DNA of 55,620 bases, filler included, from Sluysia triapertura (taxonomy: Eukaryota), in NCBI GenBank assembly GCA_046118255.1. It is 4 parts of 4 records of this genome, joined end to end, with 100 filler letters (N's around TTAATTAATTAA, not from the genome) between each part and the next. Parts side by side here need not be neighbours in the genome. Positions count along the whole stretch, not along the records: positions 1 to 10,778 come from JBJNIA010193605.1; positions 10,879 to 23,006 come from JBJNIA010136618.1; 2 more parts are not named here. One strand, written 5' to 3'. The notes beneath the pieces were generated by a model. That model was not told where the DNA came from and did not search any database. It was given only the letters and a program-made list of their open reading frames with translations. The translations under genes and the position numbers were made by a program. Below are positions 1 through 13,409 of this stretch, in pieces (positions within the stretch are counted from its first letter, which is position 1; each line of letters begins with the position of its first letter).

Positions 1-50
1 CACAATTTTATAATATTAATCGTTATTAATGTTTTGATTTGAATTTTAAG

Positions 51-177
51 ATTGATTTTGGGAGTAACTTTAAATTATTCGAAAAATTAAGAGAATTCAA
101 CTCAAAATTTAATGCTTGCATTAATCAAGCAAAACCTAACACAATTAAACTTACTGCTTATACAATTATACAAAAAT
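51..177 (+). CDS. Putative internal exon of Sec20/BNIP1 (IDFGSNFKLFEKLREFNSKFNACINQAKPNTIKLTAYTIIQK)
   Basis: tttaag acceptor at 50, gtaagt donor at 178, open frame with coiled-coil character, upstream of the clear BNIP1 3' exon. Assignment rests on position and weak similarity. Confidence 0.4.
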
Positions 178-1054
178 GTAAGTTCATGTCCTCCAAGATT
201 ATTGAAAGGAATTCTTTAATTTTGTTTTGTAATGGTTAATTCCGATCTCATGTATTCTGTTCTTCGTTGTGTTCTATTATTGTTCTTTATGAAACTAAAC
301 TGTTTCAGTTTCAGAAAATTTAATTTTGAGTATGATGTCAAGCCATTTTCAGATACTAAATATAGTACAAAATAATTAAAAATTATTACATTATATTCAT
401 AATTAAATTTTTAATATTATTATTGAAGCCTTGAATCCGGTTACATAAAACTAAAAAAACTATATTTAAAATAGTCAAGACTTATTAAAAAAATAAACTA
501 ATGATAAACATAGGTTCTGTTAAGTCGAATTTATTTTTATTAATTTTAAAATGAATATTCCTTAACCAGTTGATTCACTATTAATATAAATCTTTGCAAA
601 ACTTGTAAATATTTTTTGTCGTTAGCTGTGATTTTAAATTGTGATAATATCCAATTTGATTTATGATTCTTAACTATGTTCAATCACTTCTTCATGCCTT
701 TTATATTTATAATAATTATAAGTAGGCCATAGAAGCCTGGTCTTTTTATTGGTATTTTATTGGATTTACTTGTAGTCAGAATCTTATGATGTTTGGTCAG
801 CTCTTGTATAGGATATGCACTGTACTCTTTAAAGAAAATTATAAATTTATTTTTGATTGGAGAGTTACTACTTCAACGTGATACTCTTCTTTTATTAACT
901 GATTTAAATTTTAATGGACTCTATGGATTTTTGAAAAATAAAAAACAGTTTAAACGCCTTAATTAGTACTTTTATCACAAAATACAGCTAAAATAATAAG
1001 AATAAGAAAAATTGTATAATTATAATAAATATGCTGCATGTTTATTGTTTTAAG

Positions 1055-1147
1055 ATTTAAAGTTGCGAAACACGAGTTCTTCTATAGTAGACGACTTCTC
1101 TATAAAATTTTTTTGTTGAGAGTTATCTGAAGGACTTTATTTTCTAG
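1055..1147 (+). other. Possible BNIP1 middle exon with in-frame TGA (LKLRNTSSSIVDDFSIKFFC*ELSEGLYFL)
   Basis: ttttaag acceptor and ag/gtaatt donor, phase-compatible with exon 51-177; resembles the BNIP1 LRQR...ITESL region; TGA at 1117-1119. Confidence 0.25.
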
Positions 1148-2179
1148 GTAATTAATCTTATTCCATGTGTGAGCTTAATTTATTTTTTAATGCCTTAGAA
1201 AAAGAATGTCAATATTTGGTCCACCTATAGTTTATGGCTTTTCTTTTAATGCAAGTTGGAGAGTCACTCTGTACTCTAAACTCTCAGAGTTTATATTTAT
1301 TATTTATATCTATTCAAATTTTATCTCCAAGATCGACAAACAAATATAATCAAGATATTATGTTACAATATTAAGAGAAATTCTTAGTATAAATAAATTT
1401 GATTTTTAAAATGGTTTTGTTATGTTAAATTAGCGTAAAAGACTTTAATTTAAATTAATTTAAGTGTAGTTCACCATACGTTATGTAAGAAAATGCTTAA
1501 TAAAATCGTTTAATAAAATATTGGTCTGTACACTAAATGTCATCAGAAATGTAAAGGAATCGTGAAGCGTACGTAAGGAATTTTCGAAAATTTGCCTTGT
1601 CAGATGTAGATAGAATCTGTAACTGTCATTGTTATGTGCAGTGTTTCTTGCCTCCTTATATATACTCATTTATTATTTAAGGTTTTTTAAATAAATAATT
1701 TAATTATTTTCAATCAACTAATATCCTCAATTAATCATTTTTATTAATTAAACAAATATTTTCAATTCCAAATAATTTAAATTGCCTTTAATTTCATTTT
1801 ATTTATTTGCTTGCATTTAAATTGATTAATTCCGTTTTGTTTACTTAAATAAAATTGATTTCTTCAAATAAATATTCAATTATCATATTATTAATTGTAA
1901 TAATAGCTGAAGATGATTGTTTCTCGCTCGCCTGAATTGTCCTTTTTTGCAGAACCCAGCACACATAGATTGCTGCTTCTATGTGTGGGTTTTCTATTTA
2001 AGATTAAATGTTTTAATAATTTAATTGTATTGGGATTACTTCCGCACTTTTGTGTCTCTATCTTACAAGATTTTTTTATAGTAATTTAGTTGTATTGAAC
2101 TTTTGTTTCTCATTTTAGTTATATAATAAAATTTAACTAATAAATTTAAAGTCGCTAATTGCGATACAAAAGCATTCAT

Positions 2180-2420
2180 ATATGCGTGTATAACTTTGTT
2201 TGGCAAGTTTGAGACATTTGATGGTGGTAAGGATTAGTTTGTAGCCCATGTACTTGATTGAAGTTTGGTTGGTTGGTTTTCTTGTTACCTATATTCAATT
2301 CAATATAAAGATTGAAAATATTTTGGTTTTCCTTGGTCAAATAGCTCGAACTTTGTCAATTATAGTGTTTTTGAAATACAATCTTCCGGGTTAATTTTGC
2401 AGTATCGTGCAACGGTTATT
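2180..2420 (-). mobile_element. Decayed mariner transposase relic, sense strand G-poor
   Basis: Minus strand gives FELFDQG and MGYKLI...CLKLA, remnants of the FELL..G and GYELLPHPPYSPDLA motifs. Confidence 0.4.
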
Positions 2421-3383
2421 TAAATAATATAAACTTATTCTTTTTCTTCACTTGTTAGAATAAATAGTGCTCAACATTTTATATTTACAAAGCATTTTAG
2501 AAGGCTTTTATGTAATGTTGTATTAAGATAGGCGTGACGTCTTAAAATAAATGAAATTTTACCAGGCATTACGCCCTTATTAAAAAATTAATATAAAAAT
2601 TTTTAATTTTTATTATGATAAAATTTTATATGATTTTAGAACTGACAAAGGTCTTGAAATAATTTTTAATCAAAATAATAATAATAATCAAAAAAATCTT
2701 CAGAATTAATTTAATACTTGTTTAAATAAGTAAAACTTTATGAATAGACAAATTTACTAAATCAAAATTAAAAAAGGTTGAAATTGATAGTTTGTTTGAC
2801 TTTGACGTTCTTGCTGGCCATGAAATTAGACAAACAATATCTTCCAAAAGTTGATGCACTTTAACCCGTGAAGCTCATTTTTAAAAATTTCGACAGAGTA
2901 CGTAGTTGTTTATATTTTAGTTTTCCAACGTTTGATGTATTCAAAATGTTTTCAAGAATTAATTTTCTGTTTGTGTTTAGAAAACTTCAATTAAATTTAA
3001 AATTTAATTATTTTCATATCAATTTAATTGTTTCAATATCACTTACATTCGATTAATATATTCGATTAATCTATTTCAGCTGTTATTTATGTATGAATGA
3101 CTTTTTTTGCTTTTTTCACAATTATTGATTAGTTAATGATTAATTATCACAATTAATGATTACTTATATTTTATGTAATTAATTTACATCAACAAGGTTT
3201 AATATTATATTTGAAATTATTATTATTATTATTATTAATATTATGATCATCTAATAAAAGCGAATTATCCTAACACATTTATATAATTTAACAATTAAAA
3301 TGCATGGTGATCATAAACAAAGTAAATTATGTGTTAAATATAAACAAAATTTTTAATTTGTATTCTAATTTATTTTATAATAG

Positions 3384-3614
3384 ACGGAATTATCCAAGTT
3401 TACAACGGATATACTTGTAGAAGATGTTGATACGATGGTTCGAAGTAGAAATATAAATCAGGAATTGGAAAGAAATATTAAAGGCGCAGAAAAAATAGTT
3501 GGAAAATATAACCGAAGACAGTTATGGGATAAAGTTCTTATTGCTATAGCTTTTATTTTCTTTATTTGTGTGTGTATTTATATTATTGCCAAAAGGATTG
3601 GGAAAAGCTTATAA
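3384..3614 (+). CDS. BNIP1: Terminal exon of the ER SNARE Sec20/BNIP1
   Basis: tag acceptor at 3383. Translates TELSKFTTDILVEDVDTMVRSRNINQELERNIKGAEKIVGKYNRRQLWDKVLIAIAFIFFICVCIYIIAKRIGKSL*, matching the Sec20 C-terminus (KYNRRE.TDK, TM helix, KR). Confidence 0.9.
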   Translation, partial: TELSKFTTDILVEDVDTMVRSRNINQELERNIKGAEKIVGKYNRRQLWDKVLIAIAFIFFICVCIYIIAKRIGKSL

Positions 3615-4169
3615 GTTATAATAAGATATAATTATGATTGAGTTATGTTTTACTGTATATTTTATAAAGAGGTGCTTTTATTTTTAAAATTAAAAATATT
3701 TTAAATTTTAACTAACTATATAAAATGCTTTACTAAATAATTGTTATTATTAAATTATTGGGCAAGGATAATATGCCTTTTTATTTAAATATAATCTTAT
3801 TGTGGAAAGTAAACATCGTTAACTCTTTGTGGTCCTTTGTTGAGGCACTAATTTAACAAACATTTATGTAATCTGTTCTGTCGAAGATGGTCCGTTAAGA
3901 AAATTTTTATATTTCGTATTTTTATTCGCATCGACCCATCATTATCGTCAAGTTCGGAGCACTGTACTAAATGCGAAGTATGAAGATATGTTTTATCGGA
4001 GTTGTACAAGTGTGATATTGTAAACAAATAGGAATATTTGTGTTATTATATTGCTAAGTTATATTATAAAGGATTACAAAAAAATAACCAGGCCATTAGA
4101 TATTTTATAAACTAAATATTACATAAATATAATATAAACGTAATTAAATTAATAAATAAATAATTTAGA

Positions 4170-4400
4170 TTCGATTTGAGTATGTATTTTGAGTCAGGTG
4201 TTTAATTGTGAAAATTTTGTGTTTTGGCTGTAATTAAATAGGACCTTTAGAGGATTCAATGGAAATAAAATAGGATCGCAAAAAGTTAAGTTACAAGTAA
4301 TCTGAATTTTTATAAACTTATCAAGTAAATAAGAAATTCGTCAACATTAAGTTTCACTTGCATAATTGCAATGCTGTGTGAACTTAGTGAAATCTTATAT
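4170..4400 (-). mobile_element. Probable 3' part of a decayed mariner transposase
   Basis: Minus strand SDYL...SQNTKF...IKHL resembles the mariner C-terminus; plus strand is C-poor at 4170-4240. Confidence 0.3.
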
Positions 4401-4559
4401 TTTTATTATGTTGAATTAAAATTACGTGTTAAGATTTTGATCGAAAAATTAGGAACGAGATAGAATCCTAGTCGTTAAGTAAACGTTAAAATATTTATTA
4501 AAATTTAATTTGTATGGTAAACTTTGTTGCGCATTAATGCTAGGAAAACAAATTTTTAG

Positions 4560-5340
4560 CTTCGTGATGTGTATGATTATATACACGTCGTTAAATTTTT
4601 AAACTACAACGCAGATGAGTATGAATTTCAATATATTCTAAACTATCACAAAGTATATAAAAATGAATCAATTCTTTTATAATAATTAATTATAATTCAA
4701 TATAAATCAGTTATTAAACTCAATCCTACGTCTGACAGGTGTGCATGTTATACCCAGATAAAAGTAAATTACCAATAAAACTCAAGATCCCACTAGCCAC
4801 GAACAAGTCAACTGAAAATGCAGTTTTATCAGTGGTTGACACATATATTGAATCAGCCTTCTTACGGCAGAAGAGTATTGTCAAAGTTAAATCCTACGTA
4901 TTGATTTAAGTTAACCTTTATAAAAAAAATTACAATAATTGTATTCTATATAAGTCATTCAAATGTAATCATAAGTAAAGGTATCTCAAATACAAAATAA
5001 ATAAGGGAACTATAAAAAATCTGCCAAAGGTCTTAATCAAACCTTCAGAGTAGATAAGATAAAATGAGATTAATCGCGTTTGAATGAATCATTACATGGT
5101 CTCGGTAAAAAATAAATGAATTACAAAATAATCATTCGCGCTGAATAATTCGAGAATAATAATATGCGTTAAAATCTATTACTTTTAAGACGAAGTAAGT
5201 TGGACTGAAGAACATTTCGATAAATAAAAATGTAGAGTGAAATCGAAAGGAAAGATGAAATGATGGCTAATAAAACCCTACAAGAAGTAGAAAGATTAGA
5301 GACATCTGAAAAGAATCATTTGCACTAAAGAGATTAACTG
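4560..5340 (+). pseudogene. Decayed multi-exon coding relic, unassigned
   Basis: Exon-like blocks with AG/GT borders (LRDVYDYIHVVKFLNYNAD; VCMLYPDKSKLPIKLKIPLATNKSTENAVLSVVDTYIESAF; EIERKDEMMANKTLQEVERLE) that do not splice into one open frame. Confidence 0.3.
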
Positions 5341-6020
5341 GTTTATTTTTGATTTTTCATTATTATTAAAATCCTATAGGAACGTCTCCAATATGGGTAA
5401 GAATCGTTTAATATAGGTTAACTATAAACTGACTTAATTTTGTGAGTTGATTTTAAAATAAGACATTTGCAGTATAAGACATTTTTGTGTATGAATGATA
5501 GGAAAATGCGGTCCTTTTTATAAATGTTTGGATAATTGCCAAAAAGTCTGTAATTCAACTTAATTATTGTGCATGTGAACAACACGCTACCTATTTCTTA
5601 GAGTCAGTTTTGTGCTGACCAATTTTAATATTCAAATTTGAACATTAATTTCCATCAAATTCCCATCTTAGTACTTTCCAGCAGTTATCCGAAGGTAACG
5701 AGTTTGTGACAAAGGGACTTTAACCTTTTCAGAATAGTATAATTAAAATTTAAGGTAATGGTTATAAAATTCTTATTGTTTCAATAAAAAATTAACTTGA
5801 ATTGAGCATAAATAATCAAATATAAAACTTATTTCCATTAATAACTTTTGGTACATCACATGCCAATTTCATTAATATAGATAGAACGATCTTTTAATGA
5901 GAATTCGTTTGATATATACTTTTACTGCATGTGCTCATTATAATACATAGAAGTTTAACTTTGTAATGAAGAAAATTAATTAAAACTAATTATTTTACTT
6001 TATCTACTTTGACATGTTTC

Positions 6021-6483
6021 CAGGACCAGATCTAGGATTTTGAACGCCCCGGGAAAAACAAAATTTGGTCCCCTTTCGTAAAAGAATATACAAATTTACT
6101 GCGAATTAAAAAAGTAAAAAATGCAACAAATCAAAATTACACAATAAAGAACTCTATAAAAACAAACTTTTTAGAGATAAAAAATCATTTTCTGCATCAA
6201 TGTTCTTAGGTTTCATTATTTTTATTAGTAAATTTTTGCTTGTCTTTTTTGAGCTATTATGAATTCTGACTATACAAATAGTTTTCTTATGAATAATATT
6301 ACAATTATTAAATATGTTTACAATATTAAAATAATTAGCGTTGTGACCTTTATGTGGTATTATTAAAGAAAAAATCGATGTCTCATGAAAAATGATCGAT
6401 TTTAATTTATAAAATCTAAAAAAATAATATATCGGCGCTCGGGCAGTCTCCCGGCTTGCTCACTCCTTTATCCGCATACTCTG
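6021..6483 (+). mobile_element. hAT-like MITE, copy 1
   Basis: CAGGACCAGATCTAG terminus, GC-rich subterminal motifs, internal blocks shared in inverted orientation with 33615-34143. Confidence 0.7.
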
Positions 6484-7163
6484 TCAGAGTTGGTATAACT
6501 AATAAATGTCATTGTATTTCATCATATATGATGCCCACTCATAAGTAAAGATATATGAGTTTCAAACAATTTTAATTAAATTGTTAAATAAATAAACATG
6601 TTTTTAAATAAATTAATATGTTTTTAAATTTTTGTAAAACGTGATCCTTTTGCTTTCAAGATGTTATTAAAAAATTAATATATAACTTTGGGCTTGTCTT
6701 GTCTTACACTGGAATTGTTCGTTCACTCGTCGTAGATGGAAATGCAAAATTTGATTGCCAAGATTCTAAATACTTAAAAACGTTAAAATTCAAGCTGTGC
6801 TCCTTAAAATCAAATGATATAAACCAAACTCACTAAAAGTTTATTTATCAAGTGTAATTAACAAATACAAAGTCTAGAAAAATAGTTCGAATAATATTCA
6901 CAATACAAAATATTTTAGGTGATTATAAACTTCTTTTAAAATTAAATTTAAATTTAACACTTGAGTTATTTTAAATGTTATTCTGATGAAAATTCACAAT
7001 TAAAATCAAATATTAATGTATTTTAAATTGTAAAATGTCAATTATTCAAATACCTTGAATTGGATACAATAAATACCTTGAACTCGAACAATGGTTTTGA
7101 TATTTTCAATGAGTAACTTATTCTTCTTCGACAATTGTAAATGTAACCACATAACTTCTTTTC

Positions 7164-7255
7164 CAAATAATAATCGTAAATTAAACCAAATATCTTCAAA
7201 TAATAATCGCAAATTGAATCAAATACCTTCAAATAATAATTGCAAATTGGATGAA
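7164..7255. repeat. 33-bp tandem repeat, about 3 units
   Basis: Unit caaataataatcgyaaattraaycaaatayctt; appears as the NNNRKLNQI repeats in ORF 7091..7366. Confidence 0.85.
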
Positions 7256-7460
7256 CCCACCTATTTATACTTGATTCTTTCCATAATAATGACATTTTCC
7301 CATTTTTGCAATACAGTAACATATAGTGTAATTACTTTTTTTAATATTATTTCATATGCACTATAGTCTAATTTCATACACACGATAGTTTGTTACTACT
7401 TTATAGTATATATGTTTGTGAGAGTGTGAAGTAAAGCAATAGAATAAAGTAAAGCTTAAC

Positions 7461-7516
7461 GTGAGTTCACCAACGTACTGGACTTACCAGCTAGGGCCAG
7501 CCGTTGGATTTGTAGA
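7461..7516. repeat. Structured ~55-nt dispersed element, copy A
   Basis: GTGAGTTCACCAACGTACTGGACTTACCAGCTAGGGCCAGCCGTTGGATTT; homologues at 10970, 18442 and 51323. Confidence 0.9.
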
Positions 7517-8794
7517 TAAGAGTAAAAAGAATTTCCTCGAAATGCAGCGTTAATTAAAAAGAGACTTCTTTATTTGTTTTTATTATTACCTTTTGAGATT
7601 TTTAGTAAATTAACTCAAAAATTAATTCAATTGATATTCTGCGTAGATCCTATGAAAATGATCGTTGATAATTATTTTACGTAGTTAGAGTTAAAATCTA
7701 ACTATGGAAAGCTTTTTCGTAGTACTAATTTTACATTTAAAACTATTAATAAGGACTAAAAAATGTTACCAAAAATTTTATTAAAAAATGATTAAAAGGT
7801 TTTTTACAAAATGTAAATAAAAATAATAATAAAGTTTACGATAGAATTACTATAAGTAATTCTTATTTCAATGATATTTTAATACAGGATTTTTCGCAGA
7901 TCTAATATAAGATCTAAAATGATTATTAGGTAGTTTAAGTGGATTTTTCGTGGATATCCCTAGAATATCTGAACTTATTAAAAATAAACTAACGGATATT
8001 TTATTAAATCTGGTAAAAAAATCTTCGTTTTCATTCTCGATATATCGAAGAACCAATCTGAATACATGTTGATCGATTGTACCAAAAATTTATTTTCACG
8101 GCTTTATTAAAAATTTTACTGTCAAAAGATTATTGTCGAAAATTGTCTAATGGTTATTGTGAAATTTGAATTTATTAGTTCGTTATTTATATAGGGTTTT
8201 TTGACCTTGGCCAGATTTAGATTTTAATTTATTAAAATAAATTTTAAATTTAAAAATTAATTAATATTTAATATTTACAAAATTAAAATTTTTTAAAAAA
8301 CAAATGTTAATATTTAAAAATAACAAATAACAGTAAAACGTACTTTTAAATAGAAATCCACAAAAACATTAAAAATAATTGAATATTGTTTGAAAATCAA
8401 TATAAAACATTTAATTAAACATTAAAAATAATTGAATAAAAATAATCAATAATTTAGTTCAAAGTAAAATGTATAATAAGTCACATAATATAACACACAT
8501 AATAATATAACATGTTATTATTTTTTCTCTTAATTTTAATTATTATTATCTTATTCACTTATAGTTTATTATTATGTTATTAAATTTTATATGTAGAATG
8601 ATTAATTTAAATTTTATATAAGAATTAATTTAAATTGGAAATGAAGATTAAGCTAAATTTGAAATGAAGATTAAGCTAAATTTGAAATGAATTTTTTATT
8701 TTCTAATTTGAAATGAATTTTATTTTATTTCTATTTACATTTATTTTAATTTTATTTTATTTACAAAGACTGTAATGGTGTTATGATTTTATGT

Positions 8795-9300
8795 TTGGTC
8801 TGTGGTCAAAAAAAAACTGATTTCAATGTTAAAATGTCAGAAAATAGTAAACATAATCAATTTGATGATTGAATCAAAAACAGATAAATGTTGCAAAAAA
8901 TTTATCGAGAATTACTTCTAGTCAAGACAAGATGAATGGAAATTTACATTGTACAACATTACAAAATCAAACTTATCGTCACATAAATCATTAGTATGTG
9001 CAGTAAAAGATAGTCTACGAATTTTAAAATCATCATACAAACAAAATTCTAATCGTTTCAACAAATTAAGTAAATTTCAAGAAATTCGTTTACTGAAACT
9101 CGAATTAATAAAGTATTAATTGCCGAAAAAATTAATGAATACTAATTGTTTAGATTTAGTGAATCAAAACCCTAAAAGATGCATTCACATAGAATAGAAA
9201 CATTTAAGCACACACATCATTAACAACATACATTCATTTATCATTACATTCTCACATGTTCATATCACAATAACTGTGCTATGGTTTTAAGTAAACGTGG
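8795..9300 (+). mobile_element. Decayed mariner relic, sense strand G-poor towards the 3' end
   Basis: MLQKIYRELLLVKTR resembles the mariner N-terminal MLQK.YG...LS.TR; later RLLKLE, LVNQNP and ITVLW remnants. Confidence 0.5.
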
Positions 9301-10706
9301 TTAACTTATTCTACTTGTCATTTTTAATTGTTTGATTATGTGTTTATTTTAAATATTCACAAATATATTACTGTAAGAGATCTGGATTACAAAAAAGTTT
9401 GAAAAATCCAAAACATAAGTGAAATTAATTAAAGTTATAAAATAAAAATAATTTTAACAAAATAATAAAAATAAAAAATAACAAAAAAATGATTGCAATT
9501 AAACACTTGTGTAAATAAAATTTAATGTATTTATTCAAATTAATGACTAATAAATCGTAAAAATCAAATTTATTAGTTGAAATTAAATGTGTAAATGCAG
9601 GTGTAAATAATTTAGCATAAATAAAATGTAAAAAATAAAACGTAAAAAGTTTTTTACACGCAAATATCGTAAAGGGTTTTTTAACAGTTTAATTTTTGAT
9701 TGGATTTCTATTACGAAGAACTATTCGACTGATCAACAAGTTTCCGGATTTCTACAAATTTTTAATTATATTTATCGAAATAATTCAGTAAATTTATAAT
9801 TGATAAGATTATTCTTCCTCAAGGAAGATATAAAATTCAACTCAAATTTTAAGGATTTTCAAGCTAGATTAAGATAGTTAAAAAATCATTTCAAACTCTT
9901 TAATTATCATACAATAAAAAAATCTTATTGCAGTAATTTTATATTTATTTTATATATTTGTGTAGAATTTTGAATTATATTTTCTGTAAAATATACTTTC
10001 TTTATTCATTTTATTTTTTTTGATAGTGAAAATAAAATTAAAAAAATATTTAACAGAATTAAAATAGAATAAAGTTATAAAGTATTCATAATTGTAGTCT
10101 TCATTGGACGCAGTTAAAGCTTTTATTCTTTCAGTAAATAATATATTTTTATTTTTTATTAATTTTTGATTAATCTGAACCCTTCACTTTATTAATTAAT
10201 TTATTTGTTATTTGTATACTAAAACTTACATATATTATAATGCTGGTGTTCTTCTTAACAAAAGAGACTTAATTATCAGCAAAATAAATTATTATTCAGA
10301 GTCCGTTGACAGTATACGACTTACTAATGGCATATTTGTAAAATTACGTGAGAACAATCCTAAAGATTAACTGTATAAAAATACTCTTTGCATTAACTTA
10401 AACAAAAGAGGACAAAATCGTCGGTTATGTCGAGTGATACTAAATAGCTTATAAAATATAATGATAACAACGACCAACGCGGGTGTCTGTATTTAAGTTT
10501 ATATAGGAATAATGCTGAAAATATTAGTATAAAAACTTATTCCTCTATTATCCTTAAAACTACAATTATTTACTAGGAATCACTATTCTAATGAACTAAA
10601 ACTTCAAAATGACTAAAAGTTTATTATATAACAAAAAGTAAACACAACGGAATTAAAATAAAAATTATAGGTTTATGAAAAATGATAATACAAACAATGT
10701 TAATCA

Positions 10707-10778
<72 letters not shown>
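10707..10778. repeat. (AAT)n microsatellite at contig end
   Basis: Pure aat run directly before the N spacer. Confidence 0.98.
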
Positions 10779-10878
10779 NNNNNNNNNNNNNNNNNNNNNN
10801 NNNNNNNNNNNNNNNNNNNNNNTTAATTAATTAANNNNNNNNNNNNNNNNNNNNNNNNNNNNNNNNNNNNNNNNNNNN
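10779..10878. other. Artificial contig spacer N44-TTAATTAATTAA-N44
   Basis: Exactly 100 nt with a six-frame stop linker; identical at all three gaps. Confidence 0.97.
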
Positions 10879-10924
10879 GTTAACACTAATTATGTTGTTC
10901 GGTAATTGAAATAGTAATGATAAT

Positions 10925-11085
10925 AATAATGCTAGATTTTTCTTATCTTACGGATAAAGAATGGATATGGTGAGTTCACCAACATATATAGACTTACCAG
11001 TTAGGGCTAACCGTTGGATTTTAGAAGCAAAGAGATGTGTGAGGTCAAATGCTAAGCTTATAATTTAGATGCTATAATTAAATCA
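10925..11085. repeat. Dispersed repeat containing structured element copy B (core 10970-11025)
   Basis: About 160 bp alignable with the reverse complement of 51260-51405. Confidence 0.85.
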
Positions 11086-11989
11086 ATATTCTCAAAAAAT
11101 GTTTTACTAAGTTATTTTTGTAGTCCTTAAGAAAATATAATAGATTTAAGAAGAATTCGTTAAAATGATTCAAAAATGAAATATATATTACGACGTCGAT
11201 AAAATTAGACAATACACAAAACAAATTTTGATTTTATTCTCTTTAAAACTATCAAACCTTTTATTTTAATAACTAATAAGACGAATTTTCTCAAAGTATA
11301 TTAATTATGTTACAATAACAATTTAATTATAATAAGCAATAAGTAATACATTACACAATTGACTGTTCTAAGTTAATTAAAAAACAAAAATTTAAACAGA
11401 TATTTTTCGGTAGAACCTTTAAATAGTTCTAAAATAATTTAAATTCATTTAATTTAAGTTAATTTAAAATAAACTAACGAGTAACAGGAAACAATAAATT
11501 AATCATCCAAGAGTCAGTTCCTTTACTAATTATCGAAGATTATCGTTAGAGTATTTTGTCGTTAAAAATGTGTAAATTATTATGTTACGCTGTTTTATAC
11601 TAGTTTTGTAACTGACCTTGACATTAACAAATTAAACAAAAGTAAAAACAAAAATATATTAATTTTTTAATTTAATTAAAATTACTTACGTTTTTCGATA
11701 TTGTGGAGAGGGCTTTTTATTTTTTAATATTCAAAATTTATAATTATTTTTGTTTATTTCTTTCCTTTTTTAGCATTTATTGCGGCATTAAATTTTGTTT
11801 TTAAATTTTTATTTAAGTTAAAAAATTTACCTCACAAAAAACAATTTAACTTTAACTTTAAAGCCATTAATAAAGTAAATAACAACTTAAACACATAACG
11901 TTTAGAAAAATAATAACGCTAATGAATACAGTTATTGAATGATGACTAACTATATTTTTAGAATTTATTTTTTCGAATACTGGATTTTC

Positions 11990-13190
11990 ACCACATACGT
12001 ATACCTTATTATCAAGAGTAGCTGCAGATGAGTGATTGCGCTTAAATATTAATGGTGCTACATATTCCAAACGATTTGTTTTATTATTATATCTTTCCAC
12101 ACTGGATAAAGTTTCCCAACCTTCACGATGTCCTCCAATAGCATATACTTGATTGTTTAAAATGACAGATGCAAAATAACGACATCCTTAAGTTGGTGTT
12201 GATGGTGACCATTAAAGAGTATGGAGTGAAAACTTTTGCATAGTACAAAACGCATGTAAAAATAATCATCCACTACGACTGTTTAAAAAAATCTCGTCCA
12301 AACGGTGTTTTATAGTAACGCGGCAAAATTGACTAAGTTTTATCACCATTATTAAATACTTTGATTTCACGATAGGGTGAACAAAACATACCTCCACCTA
12401 AAACTAAAATACATTGATGTGGTAACCATAGTTTACTTAAATAACGTGCTTCAGGTAAAACACGCATACCACGCTTACTGCGTAAAATTTGACACTTCGT
12501 TAATACTAAAGTCATTTTTGAAGAATGTGGCAAATTTTTATTTTTTCAATTGAATTTATTTCATTTAAAGTTAATCTAGCTAATCTTAAACAATTAATTA
12601 AATAAATGAATGTATTTCACTACTTTTAAAGTCACTTTCAATCCATTTAATAATAGCTTAAAATAAAATAATTTCATTTTGAATGTTAATTTTATCATCA
12701 TCCCGGGAATTTTTTAATTCTTCATAATCCAACATTAAAAATTCCATGTTTTTAGATATATCAGAAAAATTTTCAAGCATATATAAATTAATTTTTGACA
12801 TAATTGATAAATTAAGTCTCTTAGCCAGTTTCAAATAATCCCAACAATTATCAATTTATATTGCTCATTATGAAATTTTCACATGCTTCCAATAACGATT
12901 TTACATCATAACGTTTTGCTATATCACTAAGTCTTTCCACATTTTGTTGAATTATTTTTATTTCGCCAATATGTGCATATCGTAATATAATTTTATGATC
13001 CTTAGGATTATGACAATCGAAATTCAATTTACCATATCGACCAACAGTTTGTAATAAATTCCAAAACGCATTGCTAGTTTTAGCTAATTTAAACGCATTG
13101 CTAGTTTTAGCTAATTTAAACGCATTCATTATTAATTTTTTTGTTCCATTAATATATCTAGTTAAGAGCCATGGTATATTAAAGTTTGTA
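11990..13190 (-). pseudogene. Intronless BTB-BACK-Kelch pseudogene (KLHL10-like), copy 1
   Basis: BTB end (IILRYAHIGEIKI..QNVERL...LLEACENFI), BACK (DDDKINIQNEIILF.AIIKWIE) and kelch repeats (VYAIGGH...SVERYN...VAPL...RNHSSAATLDNKVYVCG), with stops and frameshifts. Confidence 0.88.
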
Positions 13191-13409
13191 ATTTTTTAAT
13201 CAATAAATAATATTTTTTAAGTTTATTATAATTTTTAGTTTTAAGTTAAATTTTAACCTTAACCATTTTTTCCTAATCTATTTTTAATTGCTAAATTTAT
13301 TTAATGGTGTAATTTTCTTTTAGCTCATACTAGATCTAAATATACAATTTATAGGTAAAAATAGGTAAACATAAAAAATTGTGGTATAAATAATGTTAAA
13401 CTTTTCAGA

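Noticed and set aside
7164-7255. CRISPR-like array
   Set aside because: Head-to-tail 33-bp units without unique spacers, in eukaryotic DNA with no cas genes.
10823-10834. TTAATTAATTAA palindrome as a biological site
   Set aside because: Centred in N runs identically three times; it is an assembly linker.
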